The position numbers were made by a program, and so were the translations under genes. From Candidatus Spongiisociaceae bacterium (lineage in GTDB: Bacteria > Actinomycetota > Acidimicrobiia > Spongiisociales > Spongiisociaceae), in assembly GCA_965262915.1 (NCBI GenBank), contig OZ253564.1, positions 2,272,001-2,336,000 on the forward strand: a stretch of DNA of 64,000 nucleotides, written 5' to 3'. Numbering within the stretch: position 1 is the stretch's first letter; each line of letters starts with the position of its first letter. Below, one piece after another: positions 1 to 10,813 of the stretch. The notes under the pieces were generated by a model, which worked only from the letters and a program-made list of their open reading frames with translations, was not told the DNA's origin and made no database searches.

Positions 1-224
1 TCCACCTCAGGGAGCATCCCGAGTTGGAGACCGCGATATTCCTGAGGGTACGGGCCGATCTGCTCAAGGCCGAGCGGGCTGGTCTGCTCGACGCGGTACG
101 GCGCGGGCTGGTGAGTACCGAGGTGGCGGAGGAGGTAGCGGCGGATCTGAATACAAGTCTGGCTGCCCTCGCCTTCATCCGTTCCCGGCTGATCCGGCCA
201 TCCGGCCAACTGGATGAGGGCTGA
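1..224 (+). CDS. C-terminal end of probable Na+/H+ antiporter (CPA1), partial
   Basis: Frame open from the window edge. The tail 'LLKAERAGLLDAVRRGLVSTEVAEEV' resembles CPA1 C-termini, and the stop overlaps the usp start. Confidence 0.5.
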   Translation, partial: HLREHPELETAIFLRVRADLLKAERAGLLDAVRRGLVSTEVAEEVAADLNTSLAALAFIRSRLIRPSGQLDEG

Positions 225-655
225 TGGGTCTGGTGATGCTGGCCACCAGCGCTCGGGGTGATACACGCTTGCTCCACCACACCGCCCGCCGGAGAGCGGA
301 GGAGAAGGGAAGCGGCCTGCTCGTCGTCTACGTTCTCAGCGGAGCCGACTACCAGCGCCAGCCCCCGCAACTGCGGCAAGCCATCCGTGATGAGATGACA
401 TGGCTGCTCCACGCCTTGGTGATGCCGACCGAGGCCGGCTCCGGATTCTCGCTGGGCCGGATAGTCGTGGACATCAGGGAGGGTGACATCGTCGAGCAGT
501 TGATCGAAGCGGCCGAGTCGAGCCGACCCGGACTCGTCGTGTTGGGAGAACCCCGACCTGACAGCGAGCACGCGCTGAGGGAGGACGGTTACGCCCGGCT
601 ACTCGCGTACTTCGATACCAACTCGATACCTGTCGAATGCGTAGGGACCGGATAG
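224..655 (+). CDS. universal stress protein family
   Basis: Usp pattern: LLVVYV ... REGDIVEQLIEAA ... LVVLG. Confidence 0.7.
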   Translation: MGLVMLATSARGDTRLLHHTARRRAEEKGSGLLVVYVLSGADYQRQPPQLRQAIRDEMTWLLHALVMPTEAGSGFSLGRIVVDIREGDIVEQLIEAAESSRPGLVVLGEPRPDSEHALREDGYARLLAYFDTNSIPVECVGTG

Positions 656-1040
656 GCGTGGTCGGTGGTCAGGTGGATTAGAGGGTGCGCGGATCGGTGC
701 TCACCCGGGGAAACACCGAGTACGACCGTTGATGAGTACACAGCGACGACCAGGGGTTCTTCGAGTTGGAGCCGGATAGGTCTATCGACAGGGGCGGTTA
801 CGGTCCACCTATCCGCGGACCCTATTTAGTCGTCCTGGCGGCTGATCGGCGTCGCTGCCATCCAACCGCGCCCCCCCGTTCGCTATTAATGTGGCCTGTA
901 TCAACGTCTTTGGGTCTTGGATGACCGCGACCACAGCGTAGGGGACGACCCGTACGAGACTTCATCTCGTGCCGGGGCCGCACACCTCCACGGTGTCGCA
1001 TGAGACAAGCATGAGACACGAAGAACAGGGAGGTATTCCA

Positions 1041-2438
1041 GTGTCACGATGGTTCAAGAAATGGCCGACGGTCGCCGTATTGCTCGCTTTTGCCCTAGTG
1101 GTGGTGGCCTGCGGTGATGACGACGCTGACACCACGACGACGCAGGCACCGGCAACGACGCAGGCGTCGGCAACAACCCAAGCGGCTGCCCCCATGTCCG
1201 CCGACGAGTTGCTTGCGATGTGCGATGTCGCGATTCCACAGGTCAGTGTCAATTTCGGCATGGCGCCGTTCGGAGACCACACCATCTACTCGCACGCCAT
1301 GGCGGAGGGTTGGTTCGAGCAAGTCGGTGTCATCCTCAACGAAAAGTTTGTGACCATCCCCTACGAGCAGATCGTTCCCCTGCTGGTGAACGAGGACTAT
1401 GACTTCACGACCCAATACGGGCCGAACGAGATTCAGAGCATGCTCCGCGCACCGGATGTGCAGCAGGTCACCTTCAGCGATACGTACGTCGGTCTGTACT
1501 TCCTGGCGCCGCCGGACAGCGGCTTGGATACGGTTCCCGATCTCGTTGCGTCGGGTATGAGCTATGAGGATGCCTTCAAGCAAGCTGTCGGCCAGATGGT
1601 AGGGAAGCGTGTTGCGATCGACGACACGGGCTCTGCACGGGCGTTCGTCGATGCGGTCTTCGAGGCCGGTGGTGTTACTCCGGACGACTTCGCAGAGCTG
1701 TTGACCGTTGATGATGCTCGGATGCTGCTCCTGGCGCGGGGAGGTCAAATCGACTTCGGTAAACCGTTGGGGGGAGCGCAGAACGCCGAGTTGATCCAGG
1801 ACGGCTGGTATCCCATTCTCGGTGCCGCCGACCTGATTGAGTTGTTGCCGCCCGGTGACTCCCGCGGTGCAACCGGCATCGGTCACACGGGTCTCGGGGC
1901 CCGGGCCAGCCACTATGCGGAGGATCCGGATACTTTCCTGCGGGTTGCCGGCGTCATGTTCCGTGTCGTCGACGCGATCAAAAAGGACGTTGCAGAGGGC
2001 ACCGATGTTGCCCTCGCCAATATCCTCCCCGTGCTGGAGTCGGCCGCCGCGGTGGAGATCGGGATCGACGGACTTCGGATCATCTACGGCCAGATCGACC
2101 CGATGAAGTCGTTCGAGGAGCAGGAGGAGTACTGGGGCAGCGAGAGCAACCCCTTCCACTACAAGAACGTCTACCGCCCCCAGATCGAAGCTGCCCAGGC
2201 GGGCGGTATCTTGCCGGCCGACCAGGACATCGACCCGGCCTTGGGGTTCGGTCTAGCCGAGGAGATCTACGACACCCTCGTGGAACTGCGCGATCAGTAC
2301 GACTCGATGGTGTCTCAGGTGGCGGGACTCGAAGGTGGATATGCGGAGTTGGCCGCTCTAGCCGCTAACCACTACGAGAACCGCAACTACCTCGACGCCG
2401 CGCGGATGCTCGAAGCGGCCGCGGGAGGTAGTTGCTGA
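1041..2438 (+). CDS. ABC transporter substrate-binding lipoprotein (NMT1/SsuA-like)
   Basis: RBS GGAGG before GTG, lipobox VVVA-C-G, Thr/Ala linker, and a PBP2-like body (A..EGWF..VGV; GKRVAI; GQIDF). Confidence 0.75.
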   Translation: MSRWFKKWPTVAVLLAFALVVVACGDDDADTTTTQAPATTQASATTQAAAPMSADELLAMCDVAIPQVSVNFGMAPFGDHTIYSHAMAEGWFEQVGVILNEKFVTIPYEQIVPLLVNEDYDFTTQYGPNEIQSMLRAPDVQQVTFSDTYVGLYFLAPPDSGLDTVPDLVASGMSYEDAFKQAVGQMVGKRVAIDDTGSARAFVDAVFEAGGVTPDDFAELLTVDDARMLLLARGGQIDFGKPLGGAQNAELIQDGWYPILGAADLIELLPPGDSRGATGIGHTGLGARASHYAEDPDTFLRVAGVMFRVVDAIKKDVAEGTDVALANILPVLESAAAVEIGIDGLRIIYGQIDPMKSFEEQEEYWGSESNPFHYKNVYRPQIEAAQAGGILPADQDIDPALGFGLAEEIYDTLVELRDQYDSMVSQVAGLEGGYAELAALAANHYENRNYLDAARMLEAAAGGSC

Positions 2439-2449
2439 TAGAACGCTAG

Positions 2450-2726
2450 GAGGGTGCTGAACAAGGACGAGGGCTGGTGGCCCGTTGCTCACCGACACGG
2501 TGTTTGTCAACGATCGACGGGCCGCCGGTTGATTGCTCAGCACCCTCCTGGGAACAAACCAAAGAAGCGGGAGATGGAATCCCGTTAGAACAAGGCATAC
2601 TCGACGGCCGTCGGCTAGGAGGATCCTGGAAAAACTAATCTCGGGGGTTCGCTGGTTGGCAAACTACCTGGTCTAAGCGTTGGGGCTAGCGGGCGGAACC
2701 CCCTTTGCACGGTTTTCAGCACCCTC
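2450..2726. mobile_element. two tandem IS5/IS1182-type MITEs (about 2450-2547 and 2619-2726)
   Basis: CTAG-GAGGGTGCTGAA ... TCAGCACCCTC-CTGG and CTAG-GAGGATCCTGGAAAA ... TTTTCAGCACCCTC-CTAG: terminal inverted repeats with CTAG-type flanks and no ORF. Confidence 0.65.
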
Positions 2727-2815
2727 CTAGAGGCCACCAGAATCGTATCCTGAGCCCTGCAGGGTTCAAGGGTATTGTTGGGCCTCTCAGCACCTGGAGC
2801 GACGGGAGACAGCAG

Positions 2816-3886
2816 GTGTCATCAACTGGACTCTACTCCGGACAGCCGCAACAAACCGTCATGACAGTGACGGGCCCACTCGCCCGTGAGGATACCGGCA
2901 TAGTGCTCACCCACGAGCATATCTTTATCGATATGCGTCAATCCTATGCCGAGGAACATCCCGACGCCCAGCACGGCCCACCCGAGATGAGTATGCTCGG
3001 CGAATGGCGCCGTGACTTCTCCAGATTCCCGGACTTCATGGTTCTGGACAACGTAGGCATGGCCATCTCCGAGATAGCTAGATTTGCCGAATCCGGTGGG
3101 AAGACCATTGTGGATGCAACTCCGATCGGCATTCGCCCCCACTCGCGACACCTTTACCCCACTGCGCTCCGGACGGTCTCTTCAGAGGCTGGCGTGAATG
3201 TCATCGCAGGATGCGGGTTCTACATCCAAGCATCCCATCCGGAGTATGTGATGGAGTTGAGCGCCGGGCTTCTCACGGAGAAGATGCTCTCCGAGATAGA
3301 GAGCGGTATCGAGGGAACTGGTATCAGACCTGGTGTGATTGGCGAGATTGGGATTAGCCAGCCGGTCGAAGAGGACGAATGGAAGGTTCTCGACGCCGCA
3401 TGTGAAGCACAGAAACAAACGGGCCTCCCGCTCTACATCCATCCCTATTTCGGCGCCCGAAGCAGAGTTGCCCCTGAGGTTGCCAAGTACGCTCTACGCA
3501 AGGGTGTCGACCCACAGAAGATCAATATGTGTCACATGGACGGGAACATGACTCTCGATTATCAGAGGCGTGTGGCGGATCTAGAGGTATTCATTTCATT
3601 CGATAACTTTGGACTAGAGATCTACTATGACTCCCTTGAGTTCAACTACAACAGCCATGATTCTCAGCGTCACGACCACTTGCTGAAGCTGCTGGACCTC
3701 GGGTACGGCGACCAGATTCTGGTGTCCCAGGATGTCTGCTATAAAGCTCAGTTGACACTGTACGGAGGTTTTGGGTACGCACATATCCTGCGAAATATCG
3801 TACCCGCTCTACGGTATGCCGGGGTTGACGACGATACGTTGGATCTCATTCTGGTCAGGAACCCGTTTCGACTGCTTAGCTACTAG
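2816..3886 (+). CDS. phosphotriesterase-related amidohydrolase
   Basis: TVTGP...LTHEHI, TIVDATP, GVIGEIG, IH, CH and SQD motifs. Confidence 0.9.
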   Translation: MSSTGLYSGQPQQTVMTVTGPLAREDTGIVLTHEHIFIDMRQSYAEEHPDAQHGPPEMSMLGEWRRDFSRFPDFMVLDNVGMAISEIARFAESGGKTIVDATPIGIRPHSRHLYPTALRTVSSEAGVNVIAGCGFYIQASHPEYVMELSAGLLTEKMLSEIESGIEGTGIRPGVIGEIGISQPVEEDEWKVLDAACEAQKQTGLPLYIHPYFGARSRVAPEVAKYALRKGVDPQKINMCHMDGNMTLDYQRRVADLEVFISFDNFGLEIYYDSLEFNYNSHDSQRHDHLLKLLDLGYGDQILVSQDVCYKAQLTLYGGFGYAHILRNIVPALRYAGVDDDTLDLILVRNPFRLLSY

Positions 3887-4001
3887 CTAGCGATTCCTTG
3901 GCGGCCGGCGGTTGATCACCGTAGGAAATGCGTCAATAACCGGCCGCACCCGTGACTTCGGGTTGCGAGGTCTGAGTCTGTGGCGGGTTAGGGTTCATCT
4001 G

Positions 4002-4586
4002 ATGCAACTGGTCCTCGCCTCCGGTTCCCCGCGCCGTCGTGACCTTCTCGCCTCGCTGGGTCTCGACTTCGAGATCCGTATCCCCGAAGTCGACGAGCGC
4101 CCGCTCCGAGCCGAACGCCCGCAATCGTACGTCTGCCGTCTGGCCCGCATGAAGGCCCTGACGGTGACAGAGCCGGGGAGGGTGGTGCTCGGCGCCGATA
4201 CGACCGTTGTACACGGCGGGGAGATAATCGGGAAGCCGGACGGTCCCGGCGACGCCCAACGGATTCTTAGGCGCCTCCAAGGGGACACCCACATTGTGTG
4301 CACCGGGGTTGTAGTTGTACGGCAAGATGAGAACCTACGTGAAGTTAACGTGGAAGTTGAAGATTCTCGAGTTCGCCTGGTTCCGATGAGCGATGCCGAG
4401 ATCGCCTCCTATGTGAGCACGGGCGAGCCGCTTGACAAGGCGGGGGCTTACGCCCTGCAAGGTATCGGCGCCATGTTCGTGGACTCCGTGCACGGCAGCC
4501 CTACCAACGTGGTCGGATTGCCGCTTCACATGGCGGTACGATTGCTGCGTGCGGCGGGCGTGAAGGTGCTGGGGCAGGCCGGATGA
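4002..4586 (+). CDS. maf: Maf family nucleoside triphosphate pyrophosphatase
   Basis: LVLASGSPRRRDLL, GADT, GKP, DKAGAY, NVVGLP. Confidence 0.95.
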   Translation: MQLVLASGSPRRRDLLASLGLDFEIRIPEVDERPLRAERPQSYVCRLARMKALTVTEPGRVVLGADTTVVHGGEIIGKPDGPGDAQRILRRLQGDTHIVCTGVVVVRQDENLREVNVEVEDSRVRLVPMSDAEIASYVSTGEPLDKAGAYALQGIGAMFVDSVHGSPTNVVGLPLHMAVRLLRAAGVKVLGQAG

Positions 4587-6103
4587 AGCTGCTCGAAGCG
4601 GTCGCAACCTCAAGGAAGATCTCTTCGACTCGGTCCCGGCGTGCGAAGGTGGCGGGGCTGGCGGAACTGCTCGCCGAGGCCGAACCCGAAGAGATCGAAA
4701 TCGTGGTCGGTTTCCTCTCAGGGGCACCCCGCCAGGGACGGGTAGGGGTCGGCGGCGCCTCTCTGTGGGCCGTGAAGACCCCGCCGGCAGCCGAGCCCGA
4801 ACTCGATGTGCGGGAGGTCGATGAGGCCATCGGGCGCATTCCCGCCATCACCGGTCCGGGTTCCCAGGCACGGCGACGGCAGTTGCTCGGAGAGCTGCTC
4901 GGGCGGGCCACCGCCGATGAGCAGGAGTTCCTGCGCCGGCTCCTCGTCGGCGAGTTGAGGCAGGGCGCCCTGGAGGGACTCATGATGGACGCGATCGCCG
5001 CCGCGTCGGGGATCGCGGCTCCCCTCGTGCGGCGGGCGGCCATGCTGGGAGGGGAACTGGGTTCGGTAGCCGTATCGGCCCTGACAGTCGGGGAAGCGGC
5101 GCTGCGCGATATGAGGATCCGCCTCCTGCGGCCCGTGCGTCCCATGCTGGCCGTTACCTCCGGCTCGATAGGAGAAGCGTTGGCGTCGGTGGGTACCGGC
5201 TCGGTCGAGTGGAAGCTGGACGGCGCCCGGATCCAGGTTCACCGGGCGGGAGACAGATCGGCTGTCTTCACCCGCAGCCTCAACGACGTCACGGGCCGCA
5301 TGCCGCTGGTACGGGAGGTGGTGCTCGCGATGCCTGTCTCGGCGGTCGTGCTCGACGGGGAGGCCCTTACCCACGACGACCGAGGACTACCCCGGCGGTT
5401 CGAGCAGACGATGAGCCGGTTCGGTTCCCACGAGGCGGCGGACGACGTTCCGCTCATCCCGTTCTTCTTCGACATCCTCCACCTGGACGGGCGCGACCTG
5501 ATCGACGAGCCGCTCGACGTGCGGATCGAACTGCTGGAGCGGGTCGTGCCCGCCGGGTACCGGGTCCCCAGGGTGGTAACCGGCAGTGCGCCGGTGGCCG
5601 AGGAGACCTTCGCGGAAGCCCGGCGCAACCGCCACGAAGGCGTGATGGTCAAGGCCATCGACTCCACCTACGAGGCGGGCAGGCGGGGGGCGGCCTGGTT
5701 GAAGGTCAAGCCCGCTCACCACCTCGACCTGGTGGTGCTGGCGGCGGAGTGGGGTCACGGGCGCCGCACCGGGTGGCTCTCCAACCTGCATCTGGGGGCC
5801 CGTGACCGCGACACAGGAGAGTTCGTCATGGTCGGCAAGACCTTCAAAGGCCTGACCGACCAGATGCTGGCCTGGCAGACCGAGCGGTTCCTGGGGCTGG
5901 AGTCGGGCCGCCAACGCCATGTCGTGTTCCTCCGAACCGAGGTGGTGGTCGAGGTGGCATTCGACGGGGTCCTCCCCAGCCCTGTCTACCCGGGAGGGGT
6001 GGCCCTGCGTTTCGCTCGAGTCAAACGGTACCGGACCGACAAGGCGCCGGCAGAGGCCGACACGATCCAGATGATCTACCGGGTATTGGAGGGTCGCGCG
6101 TAG
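4583..6103 (+). CDS. ligB: ATP-dependent DNA ligase
   Basis: EWKLDGARIQ adenylation motif, EGVMVK, WLKVK, LRFAR. Confidence 0.92.
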   Translation: MKLLEAVATSRKISSTRSRRAKVAGLAELLAEAEPEEIEIVVGFLSGAPRQGRVGVGGASLWAVKTPPAAEPELDVREVDEAIGRIPAITGPGSQARRRQLLGELLGRATADEQEFLRRLLVGELRQGALEGLMMDAIAAASGIAAPLVRRAAMLGGELGSVAVSALTVGEAALRDMRIRLLRPVRPMLAVTSGSIGEALASVGTGSVEWKLDGARIQVHRAGDRSAVFTRSLNDVTGRMPLVREVVLAMPVSAVVLDGEALTHDDRGLPRRFEQTMSRFGSHEAADDVPLIPFFFDILHLDGRDLIDEPLDVRIELLERVVPAGYRVPRVVTGSAPVAEETFAEARRNRHEGVMVKAIDSTYEAGRRGAAWLKVKPAHHLDLVVLAAEWGHGRRTGWLSNLHLGARDRDTGEFVMVGKTFKGLTDQMLAWQTERFLGLESGRQRHVVFLRTEVVVEVAFDGVLPSPVYPGGVALRFARVKRYRTDKAPAEADTIQMIYRVLEGRA

Positions 6104-6104
6104 T

Positions 6105-6265
6105 TCAGGTGTTGGGTGTCAGGTGTTGGGTGTCGGGTGTCAGTGGTGACTGGCGGGACTGAAGGATGCCCGGTGCCGCTTATCTGTGTCGGTCACTCGC
6201 CCGTTCCGTAGCTGGCCACAGAACCCATCATCGAGGACTGACACCTGGCACCTGGCACCTGGGTG
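6105..6265. repeat. heptameric short tandem repeats in inverted arrangement between convergent genes
   Basis: TCAGGTG/TTGGGTG units at 6105-6145 and CACCTGG units at 6241-6262. Confidence 0.5.
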
Positions 6266-6311
6266 TCGGCTATTCAATGGGTGTGGGCTACGGGTTACCG
6301 GCTCCGGGACA

Positions 6312-7711
6312 TCAGAACCGGTCCGGAAGGTCGGAGGACGAACCCTGGCCGGTCAACCTGGGGTCGGCATGCTCCGGCGTCGGTACGGTGGGCGCCTGGT
6401 CGGGAGGATCAGCCATGGAGACCAGCAGGGCGCTGACCACGATCACCTGTGCCACCAGAGCCGTGCAGCCGGCCAGCACCAGTCCGAGGGTCACCGGGAT
6501 GGGCAGCAGGACCGGAATCACCGCGCCCAGGACCCAGGCCAGCTGGAACAGGGTCTCCGAGTGAGTGAAGGTCCGGCCTCGCTCGGCCGGTAGCACGCTG
6601 GCGTGCAGCAGGCCGTCGTAGCCGAACTTGGCCGTACCCCAGGCCAGTCCCGCGACCCCAGGCCAGTGCCAGCGCCGCGGCCGCCCAGACCCCGAACACG
6701 TGGGCACTTATGAAGGCCGCGGCCGCCTCCAGGGCCAGGGCCGCCACCACCATCGGTTCCTCGTGGATCCGGCGGGCGAGGAACTGGGCCAGGTAGGAGG
6801 CCAACCCGAAACCCAGGCCGGCGGCCAACAGGAGCGCTCCGAAGCTGGCCATGCTCTCCTCGGAGCCACGGAACACGAAGGCCACCAGCAGCAGGAGGTA
6901 ACCGTTGAGGAGACGGACGATGGCGGTGGCGATCCGGGCATGACGGACGGCCCGCCGGGAGGCGGGGGAGCGGGGAGGGGCGGCATGCTCGGGGTCGGAA
7001 GGCGTTTCCGTGGCACGCACATCCAGCCGCAGTCCCAGAGCCGCGCTAGCCGACCAGGTGAACACCGCGGCGGCCAGTCCCAGCGCGTAGGTGGTGCCGA
7101 GCAGGCCGATCAGTCCCGCCCCCGCGGGGATGGCCAATCCGCCGGCGATGATCCCCAGCCGCGCCGGGGATGGCCAATCCGCCGGCGATGATCCCCAGCC
7201 GCGCCAGCCGGGCATTGGCCGATACCAGGGCGGCCGACTGGGGCAACGCCGCGGGGAGTATGGAGCTGCGGCTGATCCCGTAGATGCGGGAGAGCACCAG
7301 CATCCCGAAGACGAGCGACAGCAGGACGAACCCGCTGTCCGAGCGGATCATCGCCACCACCAGGACGACCCGCCCCAGCGAGCCGAAGCCCAGGCCCGCC
7401 CGGTGGCTACGCGGGACCCGGTGGAACATGGAGCCGAGAAGGGGTCCGATCAGGGCGAAGGGCGCAAGAGTGAGGAGCAGGAACGCCACCACGTTGCCCC
7501 TTGCCTCGGCCGCCGGCACGGAGAAGAAGAGGGTGTCGGCCAGCGCGAGGGCCACCAGCGTGTCACCGGCCACATTGGTGGCGTGGGAGATGGCCAGGCG
7601 GCGAAAAGCCCAGCCGTGAACCGAGAAGGCGTCCTCTATGCGCCTGCCCACCGCCCGGGTAGCGCGGAAGATCGGCGAATCGTGGCGAGGCGGAGGGGAT
7701 GGCGCGCTCAT
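6312..7711 (-). pseudogene. MFS transporter with two frameshifts
   Basis: Transmembrane MFS sequence continues across three frames. Breaks are a 40-bp tandem duplication (7126-7165/7166-7205) and a short duplication near 6636-6670. Confidence 0.75.
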
Positions 7712-7790
7712 CCCGTTAACGTAGCGCTTGGCGCCGGTCTGATAAACGACCCTCTCGGCGCTGTAAGGCAGGCGATCCCGGAATGGTGAC

Positions 7791-8678
7791 ATGAAGGTTC
7801 AACAATTCCAGAAGGTCAAGGATGGTCGAGGGTTCATAGCAGCGCTGGACCAGAGCGGCGGTAGCACCCCCAAAGCACTCGGGGGGTACGGGGTGTCCGA
7901 CGACGCGTACTCGACCAGCGACGAGATGTTCGACCTCATCCACGAGATGAGAACCCGGATAATCACCAGCCCGAGCTTCGGGGGCGACCGGTTGGTCGGA
8001 GCGATCCTGTTCGAGAACACCATGGACCGTCGGATCGACGATCGGAACTCGGCTGCCTACCTCTGGGAGGTGAAGGGGGTCGTGCCGTTCCTCAAGGTCG
8101 ACAAGGGCCTCGAGCCGGAGGCGAAGGGGGTTCAGGTCATGAGGCCGATACCGGGCCTGGAGGCCTTGGTGGCCAAGGGACGCGAGCAAGGGGTGTTCGG
8201 CACCAAGATGCGGTCGGTCATCAAACTGGCCGATCCCGATGGCATCGCAGACATCGTCGAGCAGCAATTCGAAGTGGGAGAACGCATCCTGGCGGTGGGT
8301 CTGATGCCGATCCTGGAACCCGAGATCGACATCAACAGTCCCCAGAAATCCGAGGCGGAGGAATTGCTGAACGAGGCGATTCTCGAGCGACTCGAGTACC
8401 TCGACCATGACACCGGCCTCATGTTCAAACTCACCATCCCCACGCGGGACAATCTCTACCTCGACCTCGTGGAGCACCCGAAGGTGGTGCGGGTGGCGGC
8501 CCTGTCCGGGGGCTATTCGCATGACGAGGCCTGCGAGGGCCTGGCCCGCCAGCGCGGCATGGTGGCAAGCTTCAGCCGGGCACTCGTGGAGGGTCTGAGC
8601 GTCAGCCAGAGCGACGGCGAGTTCGACCGTACCTTGGACCGGTCGGTAGCCAACATATTCGCGGCGTCTTCGACCTGA
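7791..8678 (+). CDS. fda: fructose-bisphosphate aldolase class I
   Basis: GFIAALDQSGGSTPKAL, PFLKVDKGL, ALSGGY, ASFSRAL. Confidence 0.93.
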   Translation: MKVQQFQKVKDGRGFIAALDQSGGSTPKALGGYGVSDDAYSTSDEMFDLIHEMRTRIITSPSFGGDRLVGAILFENTMDRRIDDRNSAAYLWEVKGVVPFLKVDKGLEPEAKGVQVMRPIPGLEALVAKGREQGVFGTKMRSVIKLADPDGIADIVEQQFEVGERILAVGLMPILEPEIDINSPQKSEAEELLNEAILERLEYLDHDTGLMFKLTIPTRDNLYLDLVEHPKVVRVAALSGGYSHDEACEGLARQRGMVASFSRALVEGLSVSQSDGEFDRTLDRSVANIFAASST

Positions 8679-8810
8679 TCCGCCGATAGGGGAGCGGACT
8701 CCAACATCCCCCGCGTATTCTCGATACCCGCACCGGCGCCCGGGGATAGGCCGGTTCGAGAGGGGACCCCGTCCGCGCGAACTACTACGCCGGATATGGC
8801 AGTCCGTGGT

Positions 8811-9223
8811 CTAGGGGTCAAGTGACATCTTGGAGGGCACCACTAGTCCGGTGGCCAACCTCTCCGTGCCGGAGCCTATCTGTGCGCATGCCCCGGCGGT
8901 GTACGGCCACGTGGTGGTGCTACCAGCAGAGGGTGGTGAGGTTCTCGGGGTTGTGGTCCCCGCCCTTGGATTGTTCGAGGGATGTGGTGGACATCGAGCC
9001 GGTAGTTGGAGTTGCAGCCGTCGATGGTGCATCCGTCGTCGCGGGCCAATACAGCGCGGCGCAACGCCGGTCGTGCCCCCGACGTTGAGCCATGGAGGGT
9101 GATGTCCTGTCCGGTCACCACCATGGTTTCGGTACGGTCCGAGCAGCGGATCAGGTCGCCGGTGTCGGGTTCTACCCGCGCTGCGGCCACCACCGCGGCG
9201 CCTTGCTTGAAGTCCACCCTCAA
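8811..9223 (-). pseudogene. HNH endonuclease (DUF222-type) C-terminal remnant
   Basis: LRRAVLARDDGCTIDGC...LDVHHI, then a frameshift into G.TT.ENL.TLCW.HH.AVH. Confidence 0.7.
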
Positions 9224-9290
9224 TGGACCTGCGGGCCCGTCACATCACTCACCATCCCTTCTTATTCGATGAGTGTGATACAGTCGAACC

Positions 9291-10409
9291 GTGGCGGGAC
9301 ACAGCGGTTCCGGCGACGCAGGCGGGCTCAGGCAACTCGCCCTGCGTGAGCGTCACGAGACGCTCGGTTCACGCTTTTCACCCTTTGCCGGCTGGGAGAT
9401 GCCGCTCCAGTACCGGGGCATCATCGCGGAGCACTGTGCCGTTCGCGATAGCGTGGGAGTCTTCGATGTCTCGCACCTCGGGCGTACCTGGGTCGAGAGG
9501 CCGCATGCAGCGCCGCTCCTGCGCTCGGTGACCACCTACGATGTCACCGCGCTGCCGGTGGGCAAGGCTCACTACTCGCTCTACTGCAACGAGAACGGAG
9601 GCATCGAGGACGATGTCTTCATCTATCACCTGCCCGGTGACCGGTGGCTGGTGGTCCACAACGCCTCCAATGCGGAGCAGGACTTCGAACGCCTGCGCGC
9701 CGTCGTCGGCAGGGACGCGTCCGAGATAACGCAGGAAACGGTGATGCTGGCCGTACAAGGCCCGGACGCGATTGCCCTGCTCGGCAGCGTGCTCGGTGAC
9801 GGTCTGGCGGCCTTCGGGCCGCGCGAATGCGGGGAATTGCACTGGCGCGGTACGTCTGTGCTCTTCGCTCGCACCGGTTACACCGGCGAGGACGGAGGCG
9901 AGTGCATCGTCGGGGCCGACCACGCCGCGGCGCTGTGGGACGCTCTCATCGAGGGCGGTGCGACACCCGCCGGCCTCGGCGCGCGAGATACGCTTCGCAT
10001 GGAGGCGGCGCTCCCGCTGTACGGCAACGACATCGACGAGACCACAAATCCCTACGAGGCCGGCCTCGGCTTCGCCGTCAGCCTCGACGACGGGGTGCCC
10101 TTCACGGGACGGGAGGCGCTCGCCGAGGCGAAGGCGCGCTCCCGTACGCGGCGGCTCGCCCACCTCGCGGCTCGCGATCGGGGCGTGCTGAGGGCTGGCT
10201 ATGCGGTGTACGCGTCAGATGGTGGGGAACCCGTTGCACGACTCACCAGCGGGGCCTTCAGTCCCAGCTTGCGCCTTGGCATCGGTATGGCCTACCTTCC
10301 CGTCCGGCTTGCGAACGCCGGCGTCATGCTCGAGGTCGATGTACGCGGCCGCGCGCTGCCGGTCGAGGTCGTGCGGCGCCCGTTCTACCGAAAGCCGAGG
10401 CAATCATGA
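9291..10409 (+). CDS. gcvT: glycine cleavage system T protein
   Basis: FAGWEMPLQY, FDVSH, RTGYTGEDG, GLGARDTLR. Confidence 0.95.
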   Translation: MAGHSGSGDAGGLRQLALRERHETLGSRFSPFAGWEMPLQYRGIIAEHCAVRDSVGVFDVSHLGRTWVERPHAAPLLRSVTTYDVTALPVGKAHYSLYCNENGGIEDDVFIYHLPGDRWLVVHNASNAEQDFERLRAVVGRDASEITQETVMLAVQGPDAIALLGSVLGDGLAAFGPRECGELHWRGTSVLFARTGYTGEDGGECIVGADHAAALWDALIEGGATPAGLGARDTLRMEAALPLYGNDIDETTNPYEAGLGFAVSLDDGVPFTGREALAEAKARSRTRRLAHLAARDRGVLRAGYAVYASDGGEPVARLTSGAFSPSLRLGIGMAYLPVRLANAGVMLEVDVRGRALPVEVVRRPFYRKPRQS

Positions 10410-10810
10410 AGATGGACTACGAGATCCCCGCAGATCTCCTGTACACGAGCACCCACGAGTGGTTGCGCCATGACGGGGAGAACCCGGACGAGGTCACGAT
10501 CGGCATCACGGACTTCGCCCAGGACGAGGTAGGGGACGTGGTCTACCTCGATCTTCCCGCCGAGGGAGCAGAGATAACCGCCGGCGAGCCTTGCGCCGAG
10601 ATCGAATCGACCAAGACCGTCGGCGAACTTTACGCCCCGGTCAGCGGCGTGGTGATCGCGGCCAACGGGGATCTTGAAGACCAGCCGGAACTGGTCAATG
10701 CCTCACCCTACGATCGGGGCTGGATGATCCGTGTGCGCGTCGCCGGCGAGGCAGAGCTCGAGGGCCTGCTCGACGCGGCCGCGTATCGAGCAATGCTCCA
10801 GGGGAGTTGA
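10406..10810 (+). CDS. gcvH: glycine cleavage system H protein
   Basis: HEW, GITDFAQ, lipoyl motif EIESTKTV, PVSG; ATGA overlap with gcvT. Confidence 0.95.
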   Translation: MKMDYEIPADLLYTSTHEWLRHDGENPDEVTIGITDFAQDEVGDVVYLDLPAEGAEITAGEPCAEIESTKTVGELYAPVSGVVIAANGDLEDQPELVNASPYDRGWMIRVRVAGEAELEGLLDAAAYRAMLQGS

Positions 10811-10813
10811 GGT

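Noticed and set aside
9224-9290. Glycine riboswitch upstream of gcvT
   Set aside because: The intergenic space is too short and lacks the conserved GGAGA..GAAG..CAGG aptamer motifs.
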